NCBI GenBank assembly: GCA_951406725.2
Contig: OX597818.1
Coordinates: 119,412,001 to 119,476,000 of the forward strand
DNA length: 64,000 bases
Direction: 5' to 3'
Source of the DNA: Octopus vulgaris
Lineage: Eukaryota
Positions within the stretch are counted from its first letter, which is position 1; every line of letters starts with the position of its first letter. Shown here one piece after another: positions 13,295-27,243 of this stretch. A program made the translations under genes and the position numbers. The notes beneath the pieces were generated by a model that saw nothing but the letters and a program-made list of their open reading frames with translations, searched no databases and was not told the DNA's origin.

Positions 13295-13490
13295 GACACA
13301 AGGCTAGTAATGTCGGGGAAGGTGGTAAGTCGATTACATGGAACCAAATACTGAACTGGTGCTTAATTTATCAATCCCGAAAGAATGAAACGTAAAATGA
13401 ATCTCCGTGTCGAACTCAGGAGGTAAAGAGAGACAAATTGTCACTAGGTATATCTGCCGCCGGCGTGAAAATAATTTTTCCAACTCACAA
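13295..13490 (-). mobile_element. SINE family B, degenerate
   Basis: AACTGGTGCTTAATTTATCAATCCCGAAAGAATGAAA core. Confidence 0.7.
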
Positions 13491-13507
13491 CATTGATCTA
13501 CATTATA

Positions 13508-13900
13508 GGAGGGAAAAGGAAGCACTCCGTCGGTTACGACGATGAGGGTTCCGGTTGATCCGAATCAACGGAACAGCCTGCTCGTGAAATTAACGTGTAA
13601 GTGGCTGAGCACTCCACAGACACGTGCACCCTTAACGTAGTTCTGGGGGATATTCAGCCTGACACAGAGTTACAAGGCCATCCCCTTGAAATACAGGTAC
13701 AATAGAAACAGGAAGTATGAGTGAGAGAAAGTTGTGGTGAAAGAGTACAGCAGGGATCACCACCATCCCCTTCCGGAGCCTCGTGGAGCTTTTTTATGTG
13801 TTTTCGCTCAATAAACACTCACAACGCCCGGCCTGGGAATCGAAACCGCAATCCTATGACCGCGAGTCCGCTGCCCTAACCACTGGACCATTGCGCCTCC
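13508..13900 (-). mobile_element. tRNA-derived SINE, family C (tail type 1), 13-bp TSD
   Basis: Head GGAGGCGCAATGGTCCAGTGGTTAGGGC...GGTTTCGATTCCC; TSD GATCTACATTATA at 13495-13507 and 13901-13913. Confidence 0.9.
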
Positions 13901-14072
13901 GATCTACATTATAAAGGTTTCAGAAAACACATTAAATGACGAAAGGTTTCCTTCTCAAATCCGGTATATACTGATCTACTTTATACATAATCTCAGCTGT
14001 GAGGATATTGTATTTTATTTTCAGTACCCAGGATCACATCTCGCAACGCTTACATCTTGAAAATTAAAAGAC

Positions 14073-14406
14073 ATGGCTGTGTGGTAAGAAGCTTGCTTTC
14101 CAACCACATGGTTCCAAGATCAGTCCCACTGCGTGGCACCTGGAGCAAGTGTGTTCTACTATAGCCTCTGTCCAACCAAAAGATTTGTGAGTGGACTTGA
14201 GGGACTGATACTGAATGAAGCCCACCATATATATATAATTAATATTAGGGTATTTATTTCCGAGTGTCTATGTAAAGTATATGATTTAGAATAGGAATTG
14301 AAGGTATTAATTTTGATAATTTTATTATTTAGTTCTATATGTACCTATCGTGGATAATGTCGTTCAATGATGATTGAGTTACTTGAGGGTGATTCTGCCT
14401 CTTAAA

Positions 14407-14449
<43 letters not shown>

Positions 14450-14460
14450 TAATACAATTG

Positions 14461-14512
<52 letters not shown>

Positions 14513-14822
14513 CAATTGTTCGTTTGTTTTCCACCTGCCTTCGTCTTTTGTTTATTTTCATAAAGCTTCCCGTTATATATATATATATATATAGGGAGAG
14601 AGAGAGAGTGATGTGGGGGATATATATATATATATATATCTTTGAGTCTTTGTCTATCACACATTATCGCATTACAACCGTTTGTGTGTTTACGTCCCCA
14701 TAAACTTGCGGTTCGGCAAAAAGAGGTCGATAGAATAAACACCAAGCTTTAAAGCTAATACGTAATAGGGTCGATCCTTTCGATCCTATTTTCAAGGTGG
14801 TGCCCTAGCATGGCCGCAGTTT
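14073..14822 (+). mobile_element. SINE family A split by insertions in its internal microsatellite
   Basis: Head 14073-14226 and tail 14672-14822 are separated by about 450 bp of (TA)n plus unrelated fragments. Confidence 0.75.
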
Positions 14823-15305
14823 AATAGCCAGTATCATTTATTAGTGCCGCATCTGTATTCCAAGCTCAATGTCTCCTTTACTTTGTTGACTGAATTTCAG
14901 TTTATCATGACAACGTAGAGCTGATGAAACTAAGTGAAGTTGTGTTATTCGGCACTCAAGCAACAATTTTCCTGATTACATTATTACATCGAATAGAGTC
15001 AAGACATCTGTTTGACATTTCAGCCATTTCAGCCAATTTAGCCAATACCCTAATCAGGCTAATCAGAAAGATAATGTAAAATAAACGGAAATACGATACG
15101 TCATACTAAACGATATTCAGTATTTTAACAGACCGGTTTTTTTTTTCCTTTATACGTATCTATTCACGTACGTTCTCTGTTCCATTTTGTGGTTTTCGTC
15201 TCATATTAAACATTAAGCAATCAGCTTGGAGTTATACAGAATCTACCCAAATGAATGTTGCAAAATGAAATATTGTCCTGATGTTCCAATCTCCTACCAA
15301 TATAG

Positions 15306-15673
15306 ACGCAGGCGTGGCTATGCGATCAGAAGTTTACTTTTCAACCACATGGTTCCGAGTTCGATCGCCCTGCATCTTATATTGGGCAAGTGTCTTCTAC
15401 CATAGATTCGGGGCGACCACAGCATTGTGTGCGGATCTGTAGACGGAAACTAAAAGAAGCCTGTACGCTACACTTTCACTTTATACTTTTACTTGTTTCA
15501 GTCATTTCACTGCGGCCATACTGGAGCACTGCCTTTAGTCGAGCAAATCGACCCCAGGGCTTATTCTTTGTAAGCCTAGTACTTATTCTATCGGTCTCTT
15601 TTGCCGAACCGCTAAGTTACGGGGACGTAAACACGCCAGCATTGGTTGTCAAGCGATGTTGTGAGGACAAACA

Positions 15674-15725
<52 letters not shown>

Positions 15726-16102
15726 CATATATACGACGTGCTTCTTTCAGTTTCCGTCTACCAAATCCACTCACAAAGATTTGGTCGGCACAAGGCTATA
15801 GTACAAGACACTTGCCCAAGGTGCTACTCAGTGGGACTGAACCTGGAACCATGTGGTTCTTAAGCAATCGATTTACCACACAGCCACTCTTACGCCTATA
15901 TGTGTATGTTTGTGTGTGTGTGTGTGTCTGTGTTTGTGTCTGTGTTCGACAACCCTCACCGCTTGAAACCGGTGATGGTGTTTTTTACGTACCCGTTACT
16001 TAGTAGTTCTATAAAAGAATCCGGCAGAATAATAGTATAAATAGGGTGGTGACCCCCGCATGGCCGCAGTCTAATGTCTGAATCAAGTAGAAGATAGAAG
16101 AT
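15306..16102 (+). mobile_element. Old SINE family A copy interrupted by a younger antisense copy
   Basis: Head 15306-15462, tail about 15930-16102. Confidence 0.75.
15480..15897 (-). mobile_element. SINE family A, nested
   Basis: Full-length reverse copy inside the previous element. Confidence 0.9.
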
Positions 16103-16304
16103 AATTCATTTTACACCTCTCCTTGTATTAAAATCAAGGCAACCCTCACCTACAGCAGTCTCTTACCGGTTGCTATATACTTCCTATCCTTTCGTGATCT
16201 TATGAACTTCCTTTATCGATAAGTTATCATGAAACCCTATGAACTCTGAGTTCCAGTTATCCGGGGTTAAAATTTGCCTTATATATCTCATAATATCTCA
16301 TTTC

Positions 16305-16700
16305 ATATTTACTTGTTTCAGTCAAAAGACTGTGGCCTTGATGTGTCCTGCCTTCAAGGGATGAATCAAACACATCAACTTCATATTTAGTTTAAAGCAT
16401 TGTATTTATTCTATGAGTACTTTAGTCGAACTGCTAACTTAAGGAGAACTAAACAAACTAATACTGATTGTCAAACGGTGGGCGGGTACACAAACACAAA
16501 GACATACATAGAAGCGTGCACTCACACGCACACACATACATATAGGCAGAGAGAGAGAGAGATAGGGGGGATGACAAGCTTCCACAGATTCTGTGTAGCA
16601 AATTGGCTTACAAGGCAATGGCAGCCCAAGTCAAAAGTAGAATAGATTTGTGTAGCTCGATTTGCAACCACAAATTGAGCTTAACAACACAACTGTCGCT
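16305..16700 (-). mobile_element. SINE family A, highly diverged
   Basis: TTTACTTGTTTCAGTCA tail end and decayed core motifs. Confidence 0.6.
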
Positions 16701-16793
16701 GTGTCTATTGAGATAAAAATAATTTAGTTTCTGAATTACGTTGATTCTACTATAGAATCATGTAAATTTAAAAGTTCTTTAAAATTATGTACC

Positions 16794-17115
16794 TTCTTTT
16801 TCTTTTTGCGCCTTTTCAAGCCTAACCAGGCTCATGGGCCCAGTTTCCCGGTTTCTGTGGCGTATGTGTTCCCCCCCAGCTGGACGGGACGCCAGTCCAT
16901 CGCAGCGTTACTCAAGAAACAGGATGAAAGAGTGAGAGAAAGTTGGGGCGAAAGAGTACAATAGGGGCCGACACCACCCACCACCCTGCCGGAGCCTCGT
17001 GGAGCTTTAGATGTTTTCGCTCAAAAAACACAGACAACGCCCGGTTTGGAAATCGAAACCGCGATCCTCCGACCGAGAGTCCGCTGCCCTCACCACTGGG
17101 CCATTGCGCCTCCAC
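16794..17115 (-). mobile_element. SINE family C (tail type 2), 12-bp TSD
   Basis: Same head as 13508-13900 with a different tail (CTGCGATGGACTGGCGTCCCGTCCAG); TSD AAATTATGTACC at 16782-16793 and 17116-17127. Confidence 0.9.
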
Positions 17116-17449
17116 AAATTATGTACCACCGTCCCGATATATTACGAGGATGGATGATGGGAATAGAGATTCATTAGTGGATTTCCTCTGTCAATTGTAA
17201 ATTTGGAGTTAATGGTGAGAAACGATTAAATTCATCATTTGATATTCTCATATGACAATAGCATAATTGTACGCATTTCATGCGTTGTGCTCCTTATTAA
17301 AGTATTTATAATGGCTTGATCTGAAGGAAGAATTGCCGACAAGCACATGGCTTCAAGCCTGTCAGATCCATGTGGTTTTTGTTGTATCGAAGAAAATTGT
17401 TTCTACTGAGACCATCATTTCCATTTTGTAATATATCATATGTATCTTA

Positions 17450-17690
17450 GAATATGTGGCTTTCTCCTTCATAGAGAAAAAGTCGATATGTGATGTGAAA
17501 CAGACGTTGCAGCTATTTTTCGTAAATCAGTTGTCACATTTTACTGTTTATCCTGCATCTCTATCCCCTTTGTGCTTCAGATATTTGGTTGATATTTCCT
17601 GTTCCTCAATTGCAAACACATACCCTTCAAAGTGGGAGGTAGTGATCCGGCTATTGGTCCATGATAGTCTTGATGATCAGTGTTATTATA
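17450..17690 (-). mobile_element. R4/Dong-like non-LTR remnant
   Basis: Minus translation SHFEGYVFAIEEQEISTK...CDN resembles the EG..A.QEQ motif before the zinc knuckle; abuts (TATG)n. Confidence 0.55.
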
Positions 17691-17694
17691 ACCT

Positions 17695-17821
17695 GTATGT
17701 ATGTATGTGTGTATGTATGTATGTATGTATGTATGTATGATGTATGTATGTATGTATTTATGTATGTATGTATGTATGTGTGTATGTATGATGTATGTAT
17801 GTATGTATGTATGTATGTATG

Positions 17822-17850
<29 letters not shown>
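17695..17850. repeat. (TATG)n microsatellite
   Basis: Direct reading. Confidence 0.97.
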
Positions 17851-17852
<2 letters not shown>

Positions 17853-19238
17853 GTATACAGGGTATTGGTGTGTCCAACTTGATTTTGTTCATCAGTGATC
17901 TAGTGTTTCCTTTGCCTGAGTATCTAGTCAAATAATTTGTTCATCAAACGTTCTGGTAATTTGTCATAAAATTGTCCGACTCTTGGTTCAAATCTCGATT
18001 GGCTACTTACTCAAAAACCTCACCAGATTTTACCCGCTTGTGGTTTAGCGTTCTGGTGTGCTGAATGCTAGTTGACGTCATTCGTTTATCATGTGTTCTG
18101 ATCAGTCGATATTTCAAACTAAAGTCTACCATTATGACTGGATGGTAGTCTGTGGACGCCATTTGTTCGTTTATCAAATCTCCTGGTTATTATCAAGTAT
18201 GTTTCAAGTTAGCTTATTCCCCTAGGACGTAGCATTCTGATACCCTGACAAGACGAATGCTAATTGAAAATCCGTTGTGGCTTTCATCATTTTTTGCTCA
18301 AAGCCCATTTTTAATCAATATCATAATCCAGTTATTCAATCCTGGCCAGAGTTCAGCAAATTGAGTCGGAACAATGTAATTACACATTGATTTTAATTTA
18401 GGAGTTCGAATCCCGGAGGAAGCCCTTTATGTTCATTTAGTTGTGTAGGTGTTTCGAATATACAGTGTTTATTTATTCTCCCTTGTTGTAATAAAGTACT
18501 TAGTTTTAAGTGGGCATAAATATTACCTCTAAGTTTTGATTTATATTTCTTAATAAGCATGGTTTTTATATTTAGTAGTAATCGGACTGAAGTCTTCCTT
18601 ATTCGTTAGTATAAAAGCAAAGTTTGGAACATTTGTTTGTTGGACAAAATATTATATGCTTAGTAATGAGTATATCTTGTGGTGTTGGGTGTTGGGTCCT
18701 CTTATCTGTTGAAGATAGACCCTCATTCTCTATCCTATATTCAATGCAGTTTGTGCTATATAGTTTTCATTACAAACTTATATTTGAAAACATAATTCCA
18801 ATTTCTTGTTGGATATGTTTTATGGGAAATTATGGTTGTATATACGTCTGTACGTATGTATGTATATATGTTTGTGGGCTCGCGTGGAGCGGGGTGCATG
18901 TACATATTGGTTACAGAACGAATTACTTCCCTGCTCAGTGTAGATTAAATATTTTGATGCTTCGGACATATAAATCAGGGCGAATAGTAAAATAGTTAAC
19001 GTTACAGAAATGAACAGGAACAAAATGCTAAATAATCGCCTTTACTCCATCGAAAACCAGTGTCTTCAAGACTTTCATTACAAAAAAATATGTAGTTTTC
19101 AGAAAGTTGTAGGAATCAAGATAGGTTATGGGGTTTGAAAATGAAATAATGTCTTTCTCTCTCTCCTTCTCTCTCCATATATGTGTGTGTGTGTGTTATA
19201 TATGACCTCACTAACTGGATGTTTTGCGTTCTTGTCCT

Positions 19239-19277
<39 letters not shown>

Positions 19278-19940
19278 AGATAGAGGCAGGCAGAAGCAAG
19301 GAAAATGCCCCTTGTATTTAAATACTATGCAAATATATATTTTTTAACTTTTCATTTAATTTTTCCAAAATTCAATTGTTTTTCATACTTAAAGTTGAAA
19401 AAGTCATAATGACTGAAAGTGGTACTAAAATGATTTTTATGATAAAATTATTTTAGCATTTTCTACCTTGAATTATTATTATTATATATATATATATAAT
19501 ATAAACACAATGACGAGAAATAGAGACATAGAGCTGGATGGTGTGCGCTTGTATGAACTTACACAACATGAAGCTAATACAGTGTTTAATTTACTTTCAG
19601 TCATTTTGGTACAGTTTTGAATATAAATTATGAAATGAAACGAATATGTGTATGTGTGTGTGCGTGCGTGTGTGTGTTTCTTGATAGAGTGTATACCAAG
19701 TTATACACTTAATAGGCACATTTATATGTTTTATTCTCCTCTTTCAATTATCGCTACGTCACGCGCAGGAACTCATCAATTTTCTTTCTAAACATGTTTT
19801 ATGCATTTCTCCGCCATAACCTCTCCGTCATTTACTTTTCCTCCTCCTTTCTCCTCCGACGTCTCCTTGTCTATGATTTATTCTCTGTAACTCTTTGTAG
19901 TATTCCTTTATTCCTTGCTACCCAAGTAAACCTATGTTAA

Positions 19941-20360
<420 letters not shown>

Positions 20361-21218
20361 AATTGTCGTCTGTCTTATTGTGTAACACACTGGATAACCA
20401 GCGCTCAGTAATGAAATCTGTAGTATTAAAGATTACATAAGGTTTAGAGAGTTCACTAACACAATCTAGGATATTATAATAGTTTATCTGTCCTTAAGAA
20501 TTTATATCGGTTCAACAGTGCAAACACTTTGCTTTATAAATTGTTCTCTCTTGAACAATCAGAACTTCGAACTGGAGCTTCACCGAAAGAAATTGAAGTA
20601 GGCTTCAGGTTGTTTGCTAATGTTCGTTGGACAATTTCACATCGACACCTTCACTCGTTTAATCCTTTTGAATAATGCATCTAAAACGATTTGTGAATTA
20701 TATTGTGTTCCCTTGATTCGCCGTTTCTCGAAGATAAAATACCCAATTCATTTATTTGATTAACGTAACGATTTTCGGAAAGCCTTGTGTACATTCAGCT
20801 AGCAAATGCTACATATTATAAGAAGAAATATAATTGATGCTTCGTCTTCAGCGATGTGTATTTTAGTTGTGCGATCAATTGAAAGATCGACACGCTAAAT
20901 TACATTGAATATTGGGTTAGTACACCATACACACCTATTCGCATGATGTAATCTTTAGGTTGAACGAGCCCAGTGACGTGTGGAGCAAAGTTGACTTTGG
21001 AATATAGATATAGTCATCTAGTACGCTGCCACAGTTTCTGCCTATGGAACTTCAATAACAAAACTTGGAGGCATCCGAGAGTAGTGTGAAAGTCATTTGC
21101 CTGCTCTAGTATGGCTCCAGTGAAATAGCTGAAACATGTAAAAGAATAAAAGAATACATATATACATACGTATGTATGAATATATGTATGTATGTATGTT
21201 TGTACGGACGTATGTGTG

Positions 21219-21286
<68 letters not shown>

Positions 21287-22149
21287 TTCAGCAAAATTTA
21301 GATTCAAATGAATATGGTACTTAAGTCAGATGGACCAGAATTTTGTATGGTATTATCCATATAAATCCATGGGGTGATTATAATCAAAATAAGCAACACG
21401 TATATCTTCGGTAATTTGATACAATCGTTTCATGCTACGTCATTTTATTAAACATTGTAAGTATTACATCAGTTTTAAAATGTTGAGCAATCTTCAGCTA
21501 TTTATAGAAGTCTTCCATCAAACGGACAATACATATACTTATTTACATTTCGTTTGCCAACATTATAAAGAGGGTAGATATACAGACAGAGAGATTGATT
21601 TGATTGTTAAGAACATGATAGTATTAAAATTTCCCTTCTGACTATAAATTTTTTCCTTTAGTTATTTAAATCTGTTAGTGGGGATGGAGGGATTTTCGGT
21701 AATATACATTACTGACACCTGATATTTTTAAATATTATGTCTAACATATTCTTTTAATTCGACTCAATAATAAATCACCATCTACTAAATCTAAAAAAAT
21801 TAATCATCTTGATTACTTATCTTCCATTATTTTTAATATATCTTATTGACTCCTAATATGTGCAGTGATCCCTCAAGGGTGTGTCTCATCGGGTGATAAA
21901 TAGATACAAATCGTTAAAATAACTGTACAGTTCTACAATGTATTTTTCTCATATCGTAGAAAGAAATGTAGGAAAACGAAGGCTGCAATACCTCTTCTCA
22001 TTTATCATATATATAACGAAAACAGTGAAAGTGACCGTACTTTACCAGTAACCTACCAGGCGGAAACCATTCGTTTTATTAACTATTATATGTGTGTGTA
22101 TGCGTGTGTGTGTGTGTGTGTGTGTATGTGTGTGTGTGTGAATATATGT

Positions 22150-22215
<66 letters not shown>

Positions 22216-23807
22216 ACACACATACACTCACACACAAGGCAGATTAAGTATCGTTTCGTGGATCACATAAAACGTGTAATTTTCATACAGCTCACTACAT
22301 GAAACTCTCCACTGTATTGCTTACAGATTACAAGATGTCATTTGAACTGGTGGAGTACTTGAATATGATAACAATTTGGCGAATTGCCGACTCGAGCAAA
22401 TGGTTTCGAAGCACAAGGAAAAGAGTTGTTACTACACACTCTCTCCTACAAATACTTTGTGACATGTGACAGCAAATGTGGGCTGGTGTAATATGTAATA
22501 TTCACCGCAAACAGATACTGAAAAGAATATTTGTTGTTCATTTTCATTTTATGACTCGTCTCTGAAGCGATTTTTCTCTCAGATCCATCCGACATTTGCA
22601 TTGCGATCCATAATATATGGTTCTGTTTTACTAGACACAAGTAACGCACTTACATCTCATAGACTGTAATACGAGCATTCTAGTAAAAGACAGCAAATGT
22701 TCTATAACATATCTGACAGCTATCGTCTGAACATCTCCAAAACAGTTGTTTGTAATAGAAATATTGGATATTAGGAAGCGATATATGAAGGCGGTTATTA
22801 GAGTTATCCGCTACTTTTTCAACTCAACTCGCAATAATGGTGGTGTATTGATTGTAAATACAGCAACAAAATTATCCAAATAAATTGGATTAGATTTAGG
22901 AGAGCTAAGCGTATCTCAACAAAAGCAGGTATAAAAATAACACTCAAACTGATGTTGCTGAACAATCATATAGGCATTCCTTTGCATGGACAATATTTTC
23001 ATGAATCGAATGCCCTTGCATAAACAATATGAAATATATTTAGCTTAAATCTGCAGATCCAGTATTAAGTAACAGAAGCAGGAATCACAATGAGATTCGT
23101 TAAAAGGAAAATTCACAAATTATACTTTATGAATAAAAAATAATGTCGGCTGCAGAGTGTTATTTGAAGCGATATACAGCGATAAATTTGCAAAGCTGCA
23201 CTACATACTCCAACTATTATTTATTGTTTGAATAACATTTACTCTGTTTGTCGTATAAATAATTCTCTACCTGTCTCAGAAAATTATAATGTAAAGAAGC
23301 TATGGGATGTTATCATACAAATAAACCCCTAGGTTCTATGCGGCAAATGTGATATCACCTTACATAACAGGAATGAGAGAAGCTTAATTATTAATCGACA
23401 CAGTTCTACAAAATAACTGTGATATAGAAGAGGAGTGGATTCAAAGGGTATTAATCCCTATCGACCAAGTTACTGCATTAGAAACATTATTACAGTTTCT
23501 GTTAATAAGCAGGGGCACGTTGTAGAAAATATCAATAATTGGATCTGGAATGTAATAGAAACAAGTTTCACAGAGCAGTTAACGTCGAAAATATTCTTGA
23601 TGCATTTCTAACAACAACAACAACAATAGTAATAATGATCCTTTTTACTAAAGGCACAAGGCCTAAAGTTTGGGACAGGGAAATAGTCGATTATCGACTC
23701 CGAAAAAAGATGAAAGGCAAAGTAGACCTCGGCAGAATTTGAACTCAGAACGTAAAGACGGACAAATGGCGCTAAGTAATTACTAAACTAATGTGTGCTA
23801 AAGTAAT

Positions 23808-23978
23808 TACTCTCTCGTTACTTGTTTCAGTCATTTGACTGCGGCCATGCTGGAGCACCGCCTTTAATCGAGCAAATCGACCCAAGGACTTACTCTTTGT
23901 AAGCCTCGTACTTATTCTAGCATTGGTTGTCAAGCAGCGATGTTGGGGGGACAAAAACAGACACGCGCACGCACACAT

Positions 23979-24014
<36 letters not shown>

Positions 24015-24199
24015 GTATATATATATATACATACACATAAATATATATATATATTATATATACGACGGGCTTCTTTCAGTTTCCGTCTACCAAATACACT
24101 CACAAGGCTTTGGTCGGCCCGAGGTTCCAGTAGAAGATACCTCCCCAAGGTGCCACGCAGTGGGACTGAACCCGGAACCACACAGCCACTCCTACGCCT
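23808..24199 (-). mobile_element. SINE family A with internal deletions
   Basis: Family match; deletions in head and core. Confidence 0.88.
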
Positions 24200-24456
24200 A
24201 TTGTTTATATTTCAGAATAACTATGGCTAGTTTTTATAATTCTAAGTCGTAGTCATCAGAGTTTCTCTATCATTAGTTTCGTTTTCCTGATGACTTACAT
24301 TTCCAGTTTAAAACGCCTTGACGCAATTGTATGCCCTGTGCAGCACATAATTGCGTGCAACACATGGTTTGCGAACATTTGTTCTACAGAGCTACAGAGC
24401 AGAGGACCAGATTAATCTGCTTGAAACAGTCATAGCAGCTGGACAGAGCATATATA

Positions 24457-25516
24457 TTTCTTTACTAACCACAAGGGGCTAAACACAGAGGGGACAAACA
24501 AGGACAGACAAACGGATTAAGTCGATTGCATCGACCCCAGTGCGTAACTGGTACTTAATTTATCGACCCCGAAAGGATGAAAGGCAAAGTCGACCTCGGT
24601 GTGATTTGAACTCAGAACGTAACGGCAGACGAAATACGGCTACGCATTTCGCCCGGCGTGCTAACGTTTCTGCCAGGTCGCCGCCTTCTGGGCATAGCAT
24701 ATAATAGACACATTATTTAATTATTTCTACTTAAGGCACAAGGTCTTAAAAATTTGGTGGGTAACGGTGCTAGTCTATTACATCAACTCCAGTGCGTAAC
24801 TGGTACTTATTTTATCCACCCCGAAAGGATGAAAGGCAAAGTCGACCTCGGCGGAATTTTAACTCAGAACGGCGTGCTAGACATATTATATAATCGTTTC
24901 TACTCTAGACACAAGGCCTAAACTTATGGGGGAGGGTGTAGTCAATGAAATCGACCTCAGTACGCAACTTGTACTTAATTTTTTGAACCCGAAAGGATGA
25001 AAGGCAAAGTCTACCTCGGCGTAATTTGAACTCAGAACGTAGCCGAAGACGAAATACCTCTAAGCATTTCGCTCGGCGTGCTAGACGCATTATATAGTCT
25101 TTTCTACTCTAGACACAAGACCCGGAATTTCGGGGGAGGGCGTCAGTCGATTAGATCCACCTCAGTACGCAACTGATACTTAATTTATCGATGCCGAAAG
25201 GATGAAATGCAAAGTCGACCTCGGTGGAATTTGAACTTGGAACGTAGCGGTAGACGAAATACCTCCAAGCATTTCGCCCGGCGTGCTAAACACATTATAT
25301 AATCTTTTCTACTCTAGGCACAAGGCCTGAAATTTTGGGGGAGTGGTCAGTCGATTAGATCCACCTCAGTATGCAACTAGTATTTAATTTATCGATCCCG
25401 AAATGATGAAAGGCAATGTCGACCTCGGCGGAATTTGAACTTAGAACGTAGCGGCAGACAAAATACCGCAAAGCATTTTACCCGGCGTGCTAATGATTCT
25501 GCCAGCTCGCCACCTT
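24457..25516 (-). repeat. Head-to-tail array of five family B SINE units
   Basis: The core CCGAAAGGATGAAAGGCAAAGTCGACCTCGG recurs every ~180-260 bp. Confidence 0.92.
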
Positions 25517-25621
25517 AGATGGTATTAGTTATAGTCACAATATATGCACATATAATATAGTGCACCAAATCATATAGTGACTTATGATAATTGAATGGAG
25601 CCTAAACGAACACAACTCACA

Positions 25622-25714
25622 TTACATACATACATACACACACACATACATACATACATACATACATACATACATACATACATACATACATACATACATA
25701 CATACATACATACA
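25622..25714. repeat. (TACA)n microsatellite
   Basis: Direct reading. Confidence 0.97.
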
Positions 25715-26117
25715 TGCAAGAGGAATAAATGATGCACAGATACAAAGCAGATAAAAGTTTTACGATCAGTGCTAAAGAAATATGTACAGAGATGAATCGG
25801 AATTGAGGTGGAGACCTTTACTTAATCTTAACTAAAATTTCCGAAATACAATTTAAAGCTATAAAACATAATGGAGATATCAGATCTTCGTGTAATAAAG
25901 ACAACCTGATATGCATTATAATAAATGGACTACAGGTTAGTTTTGCTACTAAGAGTGGAAAAGCAATTAATATCTTCGCGGAAATAAAGATTTCTGAAGT
26001 AAGATATAATACCTTGGAAAGGAGAGCTATTAAGGTGTACGATGTACGAGAACATAGTTAAAATATGCTCAGGAGAAGCAAGATTATAGTATTGAGTGGT
26101 GTCGATGCCAGTATTGT

Positions 26118-26329
26118 TTTACTCTTTTACTTGTTTCAATCATTTGACTGCGGCCATGCTGGAGCAACGCCTTTTAGTCGAGCAAATCTACCCCAGGACT
26201 TATCCTTTGTAAACCTAGTACTTATTCTATCGCTCTCTTTTGCCGTACCGCTAAGATACGAGGACGTAAACACACCAGCATCAGTTGTCAAGCGATGCTG
26301 GGGGAGGGGACAAACAGACACATGAACAT

Positions 26330-26415
<86 letters not shown>

Positions 26416-26442
26416 ACATATATACGACGGGCTTCTTTCAGT
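26118..26442 (-). mobile_element. SINE family A, head missing
   Basis: Family match stops at GGGCTTCTTTCAGT. Confidence 0.88.
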
Positions 26443-26716
26443 CTACGAAGGTGCTTGTAAAGACATGAACATAACATGACATACATAGGGAAGACATCTA
26501 GGAGCATTACGGAAAGACTAGATGACATTTCAGACATATGAGAGCAAAAAACATTCCTACACACTCTACCAACATGCCAAGGACCAACATAGAGGCAACC
26601 TTGATCAACTTGACATCCACATTTTATTCAACCTCCGAAAGGACCCAACCTTTCAAATACAGGAGTATGCCCTCATAAATAAAACTCCCCCGGTGGTAAA
26701 TAGGAAATATACGTAG
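26441..26716 (+). mobile_element. Penelope-like GIY-YIG endonuclease remnant
   Basis: Across frameshifts: VYEGAC...TYIGKTSRSITERL...LYQHAKDQH...QIQEYALINKTPPVVNRK (VY..C / YIG.T.R...R / E / N pattern). Confidence 0.7.
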
Positions 26717-27243
26717 AAGGTAACCATACCTCATTCCCACAGTTTGTATTTATATACAGGTAGTATTGTTAGTGTGTAGAATAGTGTAGATCTAGGTATG
26801 TGTGTGTATGTATATGCACATGCTTGTAGGTAAATGGATATGAATGTAAACAGACATACATACGGATAGGTACATAGATAATCTGAACAGACAAGCACCA
26901 TACACATATATACGCAAATGAAGACTGAAACACATGACCATATACACACATACTTCACTTCATACAAGCACTCATATGGAGACACACACCCATACATACA
27001 GATACAGTAGATAGTCACAAAAAAAAACATACAAACACACAGACACACTCGGACATACACACCAAGAAGACACAGGTGCACACACACACACACACTTGCA
27101 AACATACACATAAACTCACACAAACACGCAAACACAAGCAAATGAATATGCAAAATGCATACATACAAACGTACACACATACATACATATATACATACGC
27201 ACACGCATACATACAATCATACATACACACATGCATATATATA

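Noticed and set aside
24252-24293. GTCATCAG/CTGATGAC inverted repeat containing CTGATGA
   Set aside because: No downstream stem II or GAAA in register; a short match expected by chance.
24457-25516. Regularly spaced repeats resembling a CRISPR array
   Set aside because: Units are ~200-bp SINE copies without unique spacers, in eukaryotic DNA with no cas genes.
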